DNA of 63,991 nucleotides, counting the filler, from Piptocephalis cylindrospora (Eukaryota): the NCBI GenBank assembly GCA_003614145.1. It is 6 parts of 6 records of this genome, joined end to end, with 100 filler letters (N's around TTAATTAATTAA, not from the genome) between each part and the next. Parts side by side here need not be neighbours in the genome. Positions count along the whole stretch, not along the records: positions 10,827 to 21,522 come from KZ988023.1; positions 21,623 to 32,298 come from KZ988024.1; 4 more parts are not named here. One strand, written 5' to 3'. The notes beneath the pieces were generated by a model that was not told where the DNA came from, searched no databases, and saw only the letters and a program-made list of their open reading frames with translations. The position numbers were made by a program, and so were the translations under genes. Shown here piece by piece: positions 10,884 to 22,664 of this stretch (position 1 is the stretch's first letter; the number at the start of each line of letters is the position of its first letter).

Positions 10884-12571
10884 ACTCATCATGCCCTGAT
10901 CCCATGACCCCCCTCTACACACACTCCTTTCCTGCCCCCCTCTCACTTGAGCTGCACATTGGTGTAAGAGAGACCCTGCGTTGTGTGCTGTGCGGTTTTT
11001 TTTTGAGAGAAGCGCGGGGGCTTAATCCCAAGGTGAGACCGGCTGGGGGACCAGCCAGCAGGACTTGAGGGAGCGTGGGAAAGGTCTGGGGGACACAAGT
11101 GTGTGGCCGTCTCACCGGGACTGGGAGGTAGTGTGAGGAGAAGAGGGGGATCCGCTACGGCACAATGGACGACTGAGTCCATTTTCCTTGTCTCTTCCGC
11201 ACGTGTACAGGATGAGACTATTGGAGTGGAGAGGGGAGGAGGGTGGACCATTCACTGAGGAGGAATGGAGGCTCACTGGAAGGTGGGATAGGCTACTTTC
11301 GGGGAAACCTTTCTTCTTGCATTGATGTCCAATGCCCCAGCAGGAGTAAGGATATTCCACCTGGTCTGGTGTCGTGTGTATCCCCCTATGAAAAAGTGCA
11401 AGGTATTTGGCCATCCTCATTTCCTGTTCTACGGACAGTCAATGTGGAATCGGGGTCCCGTTACACTGGCAACACGCGAACAGATTTATCCTGTTTACGA
11501 AAGACAATGCTTCTGGATACTCCTTCTTATAGGGAAGGAGGGATGACGACATCCTATAGAGAAGGCCTAGGATGGGCTTGCATAAAGAATAGACGACTGG
11601 GTAAAGGAAACCCCGCCTCCCCAATCACGTGTCCTAGACCTTGTCCTACCGAGGAGAGGGTAAGGACCCAAAGACACAAATGTTGACGGGTGAGGACGGG
11701 GATAACAACCATGATTCAACGCCAAAGAGGAGGCGGTGATTCAATGTATGTGGCTACGCACGAGAAGAGCAAGAGAGGAGTTTGATGCATACAAACACGA
11801 CGTCGAGTGACGCTTCTTCCAATGCACATGACCTGGATACGTCAGGATGAATGTCTCTTGCAATGGCCGATTCCCATACGCCTCGGCAAACATGGAGACT
11901 TGGTCATCCTCCAAGCTAAGCTGGGAGACATAAGTCCTCAAGCCTCTCCCTCAGATGGGGAGGAAGGCCCATGTCACAGAATAAGTATGAACAGAAGATC
12001 ACGTTCAGTGAACCAGACCCTGTGTCACAGTATGGGTGGGCGGAGTGAAATTCGGAGGTGTCGGAGACGTCGGAGATGTCAATGTAAAGGTTGCAGGCCC
12101 GGGAAATGACCGGTTACCCAGTCAAGTCTGGGCCCAGTCCCTCACCCTCTATAACAATCCATCCCAGTCACCCATCGACTCTTGGTACTCCCTCATCCTC
12201 TCACTCTGAGGAAACCGGGTACGATCTCGTCTACTCGGAATGCACCTTCGTCCCGCCAGATTCCTTGGCGTTTACCCAAGCCCCAGGGAGCACGTGTCTG
12301 GGGCCTGTGTATGATCAAACAGAGGACAGACACGCATGGCCTTTAGGAAGAAAGTATGAAAGATCTAGGATTCGATTTCACTGCATCCATTTTCCCCGCT
12401 CCGTCTCTCCCCTCCTTTCTTCCTTCCTTTCCTTTTCCTTCCTCGCCTTCCTCATATTTCTCCATCCTCGTTCACTTCTCTTGTCACCCTTCACTCCCTC
12501 CCTCTCCCTCGCTTCCCTCTTTCTCGTCCTTCCTCCTCCAACGTCACGACCCCCCCCCTCCTCCTGCCATC

Positions 12572-12979
12572 ATGAATGCTCCTGCCTGTGTTTACTGGCT
12601 TCTTGTGCTTTCATGGATCAGTCCTTGGATCCCTTTAGCACACACCTATCCGAGCTTGGAGAAGGTGCTCTCAAAAACCACTTCCTCGTCAGCTCATCCA
12701 AACGCGCAAGTCTCGGCGGGAGGAACAGGCGCCGTCGCCAAGCCATTAGATACTCTCTCTACAGAACGGCCAACCAATATTCCCTACATTCCTATCTTGG
12801 GAGCTAGCGCTGCGGTTGGCCTTACCATGGCTACCTACAAGACGAACAAGGGTCTGAGAGAGTACAATGAAACCCTTGCTGCTGCTGCCAATGGAACCGA
12901 GCCCTCTAAATCCAACGGTATACCCTCCTTTCTTGGCGGCTCCAATGACACTACCGCCTCCAACGGCAAGTCCTCCTGA
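12572..12979 (+). CDS. Small putative secreted/membrane protein (135 aa)
   Basis: ATG in CATCATG context after a CT-rich leader; hydrophobic N-terminus (VYWLLVLSWISPWIPLA), second hydrophobic stretch (IPILGASAAVGLTMA), N-x-S/T sequons. No family recognised. Confidence 0.5.
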   Translation: MNAPACVYWLLVLSWISPWIPLAHTYPSLEKVLSKTTSSSAHPNAQVSAGGTGAVAKPLDTLSTERPTNIPYIPILGASAAVGLTMATYKTNKGLREYNETLAAAANGTEPSKSNGIPSFLGGSNDTTASNGKSS

Positions 12980-13608
12980 CCTCTCTGCCTGCATCCATCT
13001 CTGACCGTGATTTGGCCATGCATGGCCTTTAGGATGGATTTTGATAAGCCGTCCCCTCTCCCTTTCCTTTCCCCCTCTCTCTCTCTCTCTCTCTCCTTTT
13101 CTATCATCCTCTCCGACTCCTCCTCTTCCTAAATACACCCTTTGATTTCAACATCCGAGCTCAAGCAAGGGCTGAACGGGCTACTCTGCCCAATATATAA
13201 AGCACAGACTGGGGAGGGTATATACAAGGATTGGGCCATGATGGACCATCAACACCCGATCCTGCACATGTGATCGTTTGGCGCTACTTCACAATCTGCA
13301 TAGTGAGATTGAGTGGGCCCCATGAAAGCTCCTTCCCCCTATAACTATGGCCAGTGCTCTTAAAAGAACAGGCCAAAAAAGTGCACTTATTGAACTAATT
13401 TGACTAGGCGGGTTTGCCTGGGCAAACTTTCAACCCAGCCATGATAGCTGCCCCCCAGCCTACCCACATAATTCACCCAAATAGAGCACAGAGTCTGTGA
13501 CGCCTCACGGAGGGGAAAAACAAGAAAACAAGAAAAAAAAAGAAATCCTATTCTAATCTCCACCTCCTTCCTCTCCATCCCCTCTTCAACCTCCCATTTA
13601 CACCCACC

Positions 13609-16600
13609 ATGGTCAAAAAAGTCTTGGACTCTCGGATTAATACCCTGGTCACCAATGGTGTTCGCGCCAACCAAAGGTCCTTTTTTGTCCTTGTAGGAGA
13701 TAAGGGCAAGGATCAGGTACATGTGCTTCAGGGTGGAAGAGGGATCGGGCTCAGGGACAGGTCTCTCACCCTTCATCCGCACCCACCTAGGTCGTCAACT
13801 TGCACTATCTGCTCTCCAAGGCCAAGGTCGCTGCCCGTCCCTCAGTTCTCTGGTGCTACAAAAAGGACCTTGGCTTTACTAGGTAGGTTGACCTCGTCGC
13901 CCCTAGCCAGCCACCCTCATCACTCAACTTCCCCCATCCGTCTCCTGTCACTAGCCACCGGAGAAAGAGAGAAAAGAAGATTAAGCAAGAAGTCAAATCA
14001 GGAAAGCGTGAGATCAACGAGGCTGACCCTTTTGAGCTCTTTGTCAGCACCACCAACATTCGGTATACCTACTACAAGGAGACCCAGAAAATTCTCGGAA
14101 ACACCTATGGCATGTGCGTGCTTCAGGTAAGCATTACTCTATCCTCACTCTCCTTTATCCTTTCCCCTCATCCCACCTCATGCCCCTGTCCATAGGATTT
14201 CGAGGCCTTGACCCCCAATCTCTTGGCCAGGACCGTGGAAACTGTTGAGGGGGGCGGGATGATTGTCCTGCTCCTCCGCAGCATGTCCTCTCTTAAGCAA
14301 CTCTACACCATGACCATGGATGTCCACTCTCGGTATCGAACAGAAGCACATGACGACGTCACTGCTCGATTCAACGAACGCTTTATCCTCTCTCTCGGAG
14401 GATGTGAGGCCTGTCTAGTTCTGGATGATGAGCTCAATGTCCTGCCTATCTCCCGGGCCCGTGCTGTCAAGCCCCTTCCTGCTGCCCCGGCCTCCAAGGA
14501 CCAGGGTCTTCATGTCGACTCCACCGAACTGACCGACCTCAAGGCCTCTCTTGTTGATACTCAGCCCGTCGGTTCCCTCATTAGCACTGCCCGTACCATG
14601 GATCAGGCCAGGGCTATCCTTACCTTTGTCGAAGCCATCTCCGAAAAGACCCTCAGGTCCACCGTCGCCCTTACTGCCGCCCGTGGTCGCGGAAAGTCCG
14701 CTTCCCTTGGTGTCGCCATGGCCTCCGCCGTCGCCTTTGGCTACTCCAACATCTTTGTTACCTCTCCCTCCCCCGAGAATCTGCGTACCCTCTTTGACTT
14801 TGTCTTCAAGGCTTTTGATGCCCTTGGCTACGAGGAACACATGGATTATGATATTGTTCAAAGTACCAATCCCGACTTTAACAAAGCCATTGTCCGTGTC
14901 AACATCTTCCGTCAGCACCGTCAGACCATTCAGGTATGTATCGGCGTACATTGAGGAGCAGGGAATGATTGATTGCTTCCTTTTTATCTTTTCTATTCAC
15001 CTTTTGCCTCCCTCCCTACTAGTACATCCAACCACAAGATGCTCATACTTTGGGTCAGGCTGAGCTCCTGGTGATTGATGAGGCTGCTGCCATCCCCTTG
15101 CCTCTGGTCAGGGCTCTGATCGGCCCTTACCTTGTCTTTATGGCATCCACCGTCAATGGATACGAGGGAACCGGGAGATCTCTTTCCCTCAAACTTATCG
15201 ATCAGCTTCGGGAGCAATCTCGCGGCTTTGTCGGTAGGCAGACTGAAGCCCATGTCGATGGTCAGGGCGCCCATGTTGACCGATCCGGGAAGGCTCGGAA
15301 GGATGCCGCGGGGGAGGCTGCGGGAGGCCGCGTTCTTCGTGAGGTCAAACTCGAGGAACCCATCAGGTATGCCGCCGGTGATCCTACTGAGGCTTGGCTT
15401 AACGGGGTCCTGTGCCTTGATGCCAAGGTCCCTAATAGTATCCAGGGACTAGTTCATCCCGCCGAGTGTGATCTCTATCTCGTCAACCGAGACACTCTGT
15501 TTTCGTACAACAAATTCTCTGAGGAGTTCCTTCAGCGTATGATGGCCTTGTACGTCGAGGGTCATTACAAGAATCAGCCCAATGATCTCCAGCTCATGTC
15601 TGATGCCCCGGCTCATCAGCTCTTCGTCCTCACCGAACGTCTGCGCCCCGACACTGCCCACCTACCCCAGCCTATTTGTGTGATTCAGGTGGCCCTCGAG
15701 GGTGAGATTTCTCGGGAGAGCGTCATCCGTAGTTTGGGTCGTGGTCAACGGGCCGCTGGTGACATCATTCCCTGGTTGGTTGCCCAGCAGTACCAAGATG
15801 AGGACTTTGCCACGCTCTCTGGAGCCCGTATTGTCCGGATCGCCACTCACCCCAAGTACGCCAAGATGGGCTATGGGGGTCGGGCCCTGGATTTACTGAT
15901 TCGTTTCTATCAGGGTGAGTTCGTCGATGCCGATGCCACTGGTCCTCTCCTCGACCCTTTGGGTCACACCAACATCCATCGTGTCACTGATGCGGACTTG
16001 AAGGGATCCCGTGAGGATGGTCAGACCATCGCCCTGAGAAAGGAGGAGGTCAAGCAACGGGATGCTCGGTCCCTCCCGCCCTTGCTCAATAAGCTTGAAC
16101 GGGTTCGGGCCCATCGCCTTCATTGGGTTGGTGTCTCCTATGGTCTGACCGCTAGTTTACACAAATTTTGGAAGAGGTCAGGCTTCACCCCCGTCTACCT
16201 TCGTCAGACGCCCAATGAGCTGACTGGAGAACACTCATGTGTCATGCTTCGCACCCTCGATACCTCCGATCTCCCCCGTCAGTGCTCCCCTGAGTGGCTT
16301 TCCGCCTTTTCTCAAGACTTTTCCCGTCGCTTCCTCTCCCTTCTTGCTTATCAATTCCGTTCCTTCCAGTCCGTCCTTGCCCTGAGCATCCTGGGCTCCC
16401 CGAACCCCTCCTCCTACCCCATTACCCAGGAGGATTTGACCAAGGAATTATCCGGGTATGATCTCAAGCGTCTGGACTCCTACGCTTCCAATATGCTTGA
16501 TTACCACGTCGTCACCGACCTTCTCCCCCTCCTGGCCTCCTGGTATTTCTCTGGCCGCCTTATTTCCGCCGACCAAGGGGACAACAAGGAAGGAATTCAC

Positions 16601-17179
16601 CTTTCCGGGGTCCAAGGTGCCGTTCTTTTGGCCATGGGCCTGCAGAAGAAGGACGTGGAGGGGATCTCCAGTGAGCTAAACCTTCCGGTCAGTCAAATCC
16701 TCGCCTTATTCATTAAGGTGTGTCGTAAGGCCTCGGGACATTTCAAGTCTCTGGAGCTAGCTCATGCCCTTGAGCCTAGTCAAACACATCGGGTAACTTC
16801 GGCCGAGGAGGCCGCCCCGGGCCCGGGTAAAGCCCTGGAGGATGAGGAGGCCTGGGACCCCGTAGAGGAGCCCCTGGAGGGGGAGCTTGAAGAGGCTGGG
16901 AGGGAGGCGTTGCAGGAGCGTCAAAAAGTTATGCTTGGTGATGTGTCCAAGTACGCCATCAAGGAGGACGATGCCGAAGGCTGGGCTGAGGCGGAGAAGC
17001 AAGTGGGTAAACGCTCCAAGTCCGGGTCCTCCCTTGTGAGCGTCAAGGCCTCGGGGGATGAGGGGAAGAAGCGACGAAGAGTCCTCAAGGGTGAGGGTGT
17101 GGCCCAGGTCGTCAAGGAGGCCACAGCCGATCAGCAGAAGCGAAACAAACGATCTGTTTCTAAGAAGGCCAGGCATTGA
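13609..17179 (+). CDS. KRE33: RNA cytidine acetyltransferase (NAT10/Kre33)
   Basis: MVKKVLDSRINTLVTNGV..RSFFVLVGDKGKDQ, LTPNLLARTVETVEGGG, Walker A TAARGRGKSA, IDEAAAIP, STVNGYEGTGRSL, GARIVRIATHP..GYG. Exons 13609-13716, 13791-13882, 13955-14126, 14196-14933, 15023-17179. Confidence 0.97.
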
Positions 17180-17374
17180 GAGGGCGCGCATGGCTTATGG
17201 CCATAAAAGAAGTTTGTTATGGGGAGGGGAGAGATAGAAGAATAGTACACCTCTTTTTTCATTTCTACGCTCCTTTAAGAGTATTAAATCAGGGAAGCAG
17301 GATGATAGAAACGACTGTGTATGAAATAACAAAAAGCCTGAACGGGCAGTTGTCGTGAGACATAGCATCCTCTC

Positions 17375-19243
17375 TTACTCCCAGGGATAGAGGGCGCATT
17401 GGCCAGGGTTCCGCTCGCACCATTCCATTTGCACCATGTCAGCCCGGATTCCCCGACGGACCATGCGCCTCCGCAGGGCAAGGATGCGGGGAAGGGCTTG
17501 GGCGGTGGATCGGACCTTTCCGGTCAGATCGGTCTTGCCACTCCACAGAATCTCGGCAGCAGCCGAGGCCCTGGGCCATACCACGGTGTCCAAATTGACT
17601 GGATCGGTCATCTCACTCCACATCGCCACCTCTCCACCCATGACCTGAGGGTGTGCTTGGAAGGTACGGGAGGTGTCTGAGGGATCCATGGAAGGACTGG
17701 ATGGGTTAGTGAGATTGGCCAGAGGGTCATAGCTGTAGATGCGCATCCAATCTTTGAAGGGGTCGCACCAGGAAGTTCCCCCACCCGGGCCAGCCAGCCA
17801 CTCCCCTCGCCCACAATCCAGATACCAGTAGTCTGAGGGACTAGTAAGTACCCGAAGGCCCTTCTCAATGACCGATCCCACATTTTTCGCACCCTTCCAC
17901 ACTTGGATAAGTGTATCCTTGGGCGGGGGTGTAAGGCCATACTCCAGGACGCTTTCTTCCCACGCCACGACCTTCTTTCCGAGATTCCCTACGATCGTTT
18001 GGTATTGGGTAATCCATCGATGGATCAAATCCACAACTGTCATTCCAGTACGATGAAGGTAGGCGGCAATGGAAGTATCCTGCTCGTAACATTTAGTGTT
18101 TACCTCATCCGCTCCAATGTGCAGGTATGTATCTGGAAACCATTGGGCCTGTTCCGAGAGCAATTTCTGCATCAATTCCAGCGATTCCTTCTTGATGAGA
18201 TTCAATTGTCCGCTTGGGGGCTCAGCAGAGACCTATAGAGACGGGGGGGGAGGATTAAATAGGCATGAATGAGGGAGAGTAAGCAAGAGGTATTGAGGAG
18301 TACAACATACATCAGGCCAGTTGGGCTGGACATTGGGACAGGTTATGAGGTCGGGAAAGGACGCAGACCAGATGTAGGTATGACCAGGAGCATCAAACTC
18401 GGGGATGACGCGAATACCGCGGAGTCGAGCATATGCAACCACTCTCTCTACGTCTTTGCGAGTGTATATGGATTCGGGGGAATAAGCTCCATTTTGAGCC
18501 AGCTGGGGGAGAACTTCACTGGCCAAGGGAAAGCTTTGGGAGTCGATGATGTGCCAGTGGAAGACATTGAGCTTACTCCATGCCATAGCATCAAGGGTCC
18601 TGAGGAGGTCGGAAACGGGAAAGTAGGATCGGGATGTGTCAAGCATGAGGCCTCGATGGGGGTAGCGAGGACGATCGATGATACGATATGGGGTGTGGGG
18701 TAGGATGACGGGGTCAGCCGCGTCAGGACCCTGTACCCCCAACATACTCAGGGTCTCCATCGCCCGAATGGCTCCGTAGACTCCCTGGGCCTGAATGAGG
18801 GCATGCCCTGATCCCCCCGAGACATTGGGAATATCAAGATGATACCCTTCGTCCACCTCCATGTCCAGGGAAAGGGAGGGGTCTTGAACATGGATCCTGA
18901 CCTCAGTGACGACAGGAAGGCCCATGGGATTATGGGGAGTATGGCCCAAGGGACGAAGGGTACCTTGGGAAAGGAGAGAGTTGAATCGGCCGGTGGCCTT
19001 TTGCAGAAACTCTCGAGAGGCATCATTGGGCGTCTTAATGTGTAGAGTCAATGGGAGACGAAGGATGACTGGGGCAGATCCATAGGACAAAGATTGAGGC
19101 TGAGGCCAGAGGAGAGGGCCTTGAGTGACGGTGGTGGCATTGACTGCACTAGCACAAGTGACTGGACCCCAACCGCCGATCAGAAGCTGGAAGAGATGGA
19201 GAGACAGGAGAAAGATGGGCGTGTACGATAGTGTTGGTAACAT
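17375..19243 (-). CDS. Secreted beta-N-acetylhexosaminidase (GH20)
   Basis: Signal peptide; DRPRYPHRGLMLDTSRSY, KLNVFHWHIIDSQSFP, RGIRVIPEFDAPGHT, catalytic HIGADEV, GGEVAMWSE, WPRASAAAEILWSG. One intron at 18233-18310. Confidence 0.95.
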
Positions 19244-19434
19244 ACTGGAAGAATGATAGAGATGGGAACAAGGAGGGTAAATGTATATACTACAAGGAAG
19301 CTGGGAGAAGAGCGAACTTATAGGCATCTATGGACATGATAAGGAGTATGGAGGGGGAAGAAAGGAGAAGTCTGATGTATTCCAGGGGATGATGAAATTA
19401 CAGGTTGAGGGGGAGAACGTAATTGGCACGCCAC

Positions 19435-19479
19435 TAGGGCGCATCATCGATGGTTAGGGCGCATCATCGATGGTTAGGG
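19435..19479. repeat. Perfect 20-bp tandem duplication TAGGGCGCATCATCGATGGT x2 plus a partial third copy
   Basis: Read directly; ~190 bp upstream of the GH20 start codon. Confidence 0.9.
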
Positions 19480-19899
19480 AGATACGAGACGCGATGACAC
19501 AAAATAACCACCGATAGACTAGGGAGGCACGAGGACTCATCGTCCGCAGGATGATCTCCGTTTGAGAAAAATAGACTTTCTCAACTGTAAGGCTCCTCAT
19601 GCGGAATGAATTCATCCAGGACATTGAGGGGCGCTCCTCATGATTTCTGGAGAGAGGTATGGAGGAATATGATGATGACACTGTTATATTTTTCCCCTTA
19701 GTGGGAGGGGGGGGTTTAAATGGGCATCCAAACACAATACCCGCCTCTAGGCACGGAGGAATATTCACTGATCAAATAGACTTGAGAATGCGGTAAGCGA
19801 ATCATTAAAACAGTCTGAAATGTACGCATTATTATTACTATCCTGGTAGTCATGCTAATCATCAGTTGGAGACAAAAGCGATCAGTTGGTACTATTTTC

Positions 19900-21522
19900 A
19901 AGGGTAATACCTGGTCATTACAAGCTATTTGATTTGAATGGTCTCCTGCGCCTGGATATATGATATCCATGGGCCTCGAGAGAAAGGATATTTAATGAGC
20001 CATGGCCGTATTTTTGGGCCCAAGAGGAAAGGACCGGTACAAGGCAGTCAGAGGTAAGATGAACATGGTGAGGATTTGGTGAAGCACCAAGGGCAACGGA
20101 TACCCTTCCAAAGTAGGTGCCTCTTTCGTGGAAGCCATTAGAGATACCCTTTATCATGTCTTCAGAAAGTTAATCCATTTATGAGCCAAAGGCCCCAATC
20201 CTACTTAGGCTGCCATGAAAATATCTCTACCAATCCAAGCAGCGCACGAAGCAACAATGACAATGTCCATCCCTAATCATCCATCTCCATTAAATTTCTC
20301 TGAGCACAGAACTGAAGGAAGAAATCTAAAGGGCTTCTAGAAAGAGCTTTTCTATTGTCCTTGACTGCTTGCATACCATCTAGCGTTTCTTTCTTATCAA
20401 TGCCAAAGATATTTTTGAGCAGGCTGGCCTTTATTCGGGTATCATCCTGATAGATAACTTGCGTACTCACCTCCACTTAAAGCCATCCCATGATTTCCTT
20501 GGGTCCCTCGGGTCCCACCAATTAGGCTTGATTGTGTATTCTGCAGAAGCGGATGATTTTGGGACCGGAGGAGGAGCCGCCACTAGAGTTGAGCTTGTGC
20601 TTGCGCGTGTGAGATGAGATGTAGATGCAGTTGACTTTGGCTGAGAAGACTTGGAAATCTGAGAGGGCCTGACGGGAAGCTGAGCCGAAAGGGGTTCAAG
20701 TAGGATTATAGGATATTGTGCTAGGTAATCCTTAGCATTTATCAGCCCTTGAGATTTAAATTTTTTAGGAGGAGTGATCCCCTCCTGATTTATAGGGTGT
20801 GATGGATTGTCGTAGGGAGTATAAAGGTTCGTGTTTGGGGCATGTGTGGAAAAAGCACTACCCCCAGGCCCAAACACCCCGGGGAATAGCCCGCTATTAG
20901 GATTACCAGCGAAAGCGGGTTTACTGGAAAAGTTGGGGCCAACAGGCGGGGCATTGACTGAAGGGGCGATAGAAGCGGGGGCGACTGAGTCCGGGTGTTG
21001 AACTTGTGATTGCGCATACCCTCCCAATGACTCTGGCTGGGGACCCATGTGACTACTAGCAATAGAAGGCGCCATAGGGGGGGATTACAACGCTGGAGGC
21101 TCGGGATGATAATACCTTGGATGGAGCTTTCTGGCTACTCCGCTCGCTCCGATAGGTGCTATCAATGCTGCCTCGTTGAATGGATTCGGGTAGAAAGCTG
21201 GTCCGAGCACTATCTATAGTACTACCATCGCCATGCTTAGGTTGGACCCAACTCCCGGAATTATGAGAATACTGACTTGAATGAGGCGATTGCTGCTGTG
21301 AACTTCTATGGGTAGAGGTAGGAGAGGCAATGTAATTCCCTGGAAAGGGTTGCTGTAGCAGTCGGCTAGGTTGAATCTCACCGCGATTGGGACGGGGTGG
21401 AGAAGGGTGGTTTGATTGATGATCACGCCTCACGGTAGAGGAGGAGGGCGGGCGAAATTGTCTCCAACCCCCGACTCGTCGTTCCCGATCGGCCTCCCAG
21501 GCCTGTTGCTCCTCGGCTTTGC
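19900..21522 (-). pseudogene. Interrupted S/P/Q-rich coding sequence (pseudogene or assembly-damaged gene), 5'-truncated
   Basis: Overlapping same-strand ORFs 21056-21433, 20467-21075 and 20273-20476 can be joined only by frameshifts (G7 run at 21077-21083; ~20478). Further fragments with stops follow downstream. 3' boundary uncertain. Confidence 0.4.
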
Positions 21523-21622
21523 NNNNNNNNNNNNNNNNNNNNNNNNNNNNNNNNNNNNNNNNNNNNTTAATTAATTAANNNNNNNNNNNNNNNNNNNNNN
21601 NNNNNNNNNNNNNNNNNNNNNN
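21523..21622. other. Artificial 100-bp contig spacer
   Basis: N44-TTAATTAATTAA-N44. Confidence 0.97.
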
Positions 21623-22408
21623 CAGCAGGAAGGTACCTTTCCGGATGAAAAAGATCTCCCCACCCCCCACACTCCCCACAATCCCCACATCACCCCAACC
21701 ATCCATCCTTCACCTACATGCAGTGCTGGTGAGCCCGGAGATGTGGTGGACGGGTACAAGCAGTGGGCTGCCCGCCCTGGAACCCTGATCGCCGAGCTTC
21801 TCACTGCTGCTGGCGCTGATCATGTTATCACCCTCGACCTTCACGATCCTCAGTTTCAGGGGTTCTTTGATGTCCCAGTCGATGTTGTGTATGCTGAATC
21901 CACCATCCTTCGTTATATTCAACACGACATTCCCCACTACCGCGAGGCTGTCATTGTTTCCCCGGACGCTGGAGGCGCTAAGCGCGCCACCTCCATCGCC
22001 AATGCCCTGGATCTGGATTTTGCCCTCATTCATCGAGAGGGCAAGGTGGATGATACTGCTCGCATGGCTCTTGTCGGTGATGTTCGGGGTCGCCCGGCCA
22101 TCATCATCGATGACATCGCTGATACCTGTCGGACCCTGGGCATCGCTGCCGATATTCTTCAGAAGAACGGAGCTACCACTATCTACGCCATTGTCACACA
22201 TGGCATGCTCTCCGGTCCAGCCCTCGAGATCATCCAGAGAGCCCCGTTGACTCGGCTCGTCGTTACCAACTCCGTTCCCGTGTCGGAGAAGCAAAAGGCT
22301 TGTCCTAAAATTCAGTGCATCGATATCTCTGCTATCCTTGCTGAGGCCATTCGTCGTTCCCATCATGGAGAATCTCTTTCCCAATTGGCATCCAACCCCA
22401 GAGTTTGA
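21623..22408 (+). CDS. Ribose-phosphate pyrophosphokinase (PRS family), 3' part
   Basis: AGADHVITLDLHDPQFQGFFDVPVD, IVSPDAGGAKRA, PRPP motif IIIDDIADTCRT, THGMLSG. Frame open from the contig edge; preceded by a Pro/His-rich non-homologous insert as in fungal Prs1/Prs5-type subunits. Confidence 0.95.
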   Translation, partial: QQEGTFPDEKDLPTPHTPHNPHITPTIHPSPTCSAGEPGDVVDGYKQWAARPGTLIAELLTAAGADHVITLDLHDPQFQGFFDVPVDVVYAESTILRYIQHDIPHYREAVIVSPDAGGAKRATSIANALDLDFALIHREGKVDDTARMALVGDVRGRPAIIIDDIADTCRTLGIAADILQKNGATTIYAIVTHGMLSGPALEIIQRAPLTRLVVTNSVPVSEKQKACPKIQCIDISAILAEAIRRSHHGESLSQLASNPRV

Positions 22409-22664
22409 CCTGGTGTTCTATGACTTACTGTTGTGCGGATGAATGCCATTGAGATGAAAGTGGAGGGGATGAGGAGTGTGATAGATCCATACATGCGCGT
22501 TCAGTTCATCCTTTTTCTCTTATCCATTATAACATGCGTATAGGGTTATTGAAGGTACTCAATTTTCATCCTTCTCCCCGTCCTTATCCCATCCCGCCCC
22601 ATGAAAACTCATCTCCCCCAATATACTACTCTTACACACTCACATATCATTACCCATGCTCAAT

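Noticed and set aside
10882..12350. Several short overlapping ORFs on both strands
   Set aside because: No recognisable motifs or consistent splice model.
342..19243. Apparent 'nucleic-acid modification cluster' of the MTase with NAT10
   Set aside because: The two genes are on different contigs separated by an artificial spacer.
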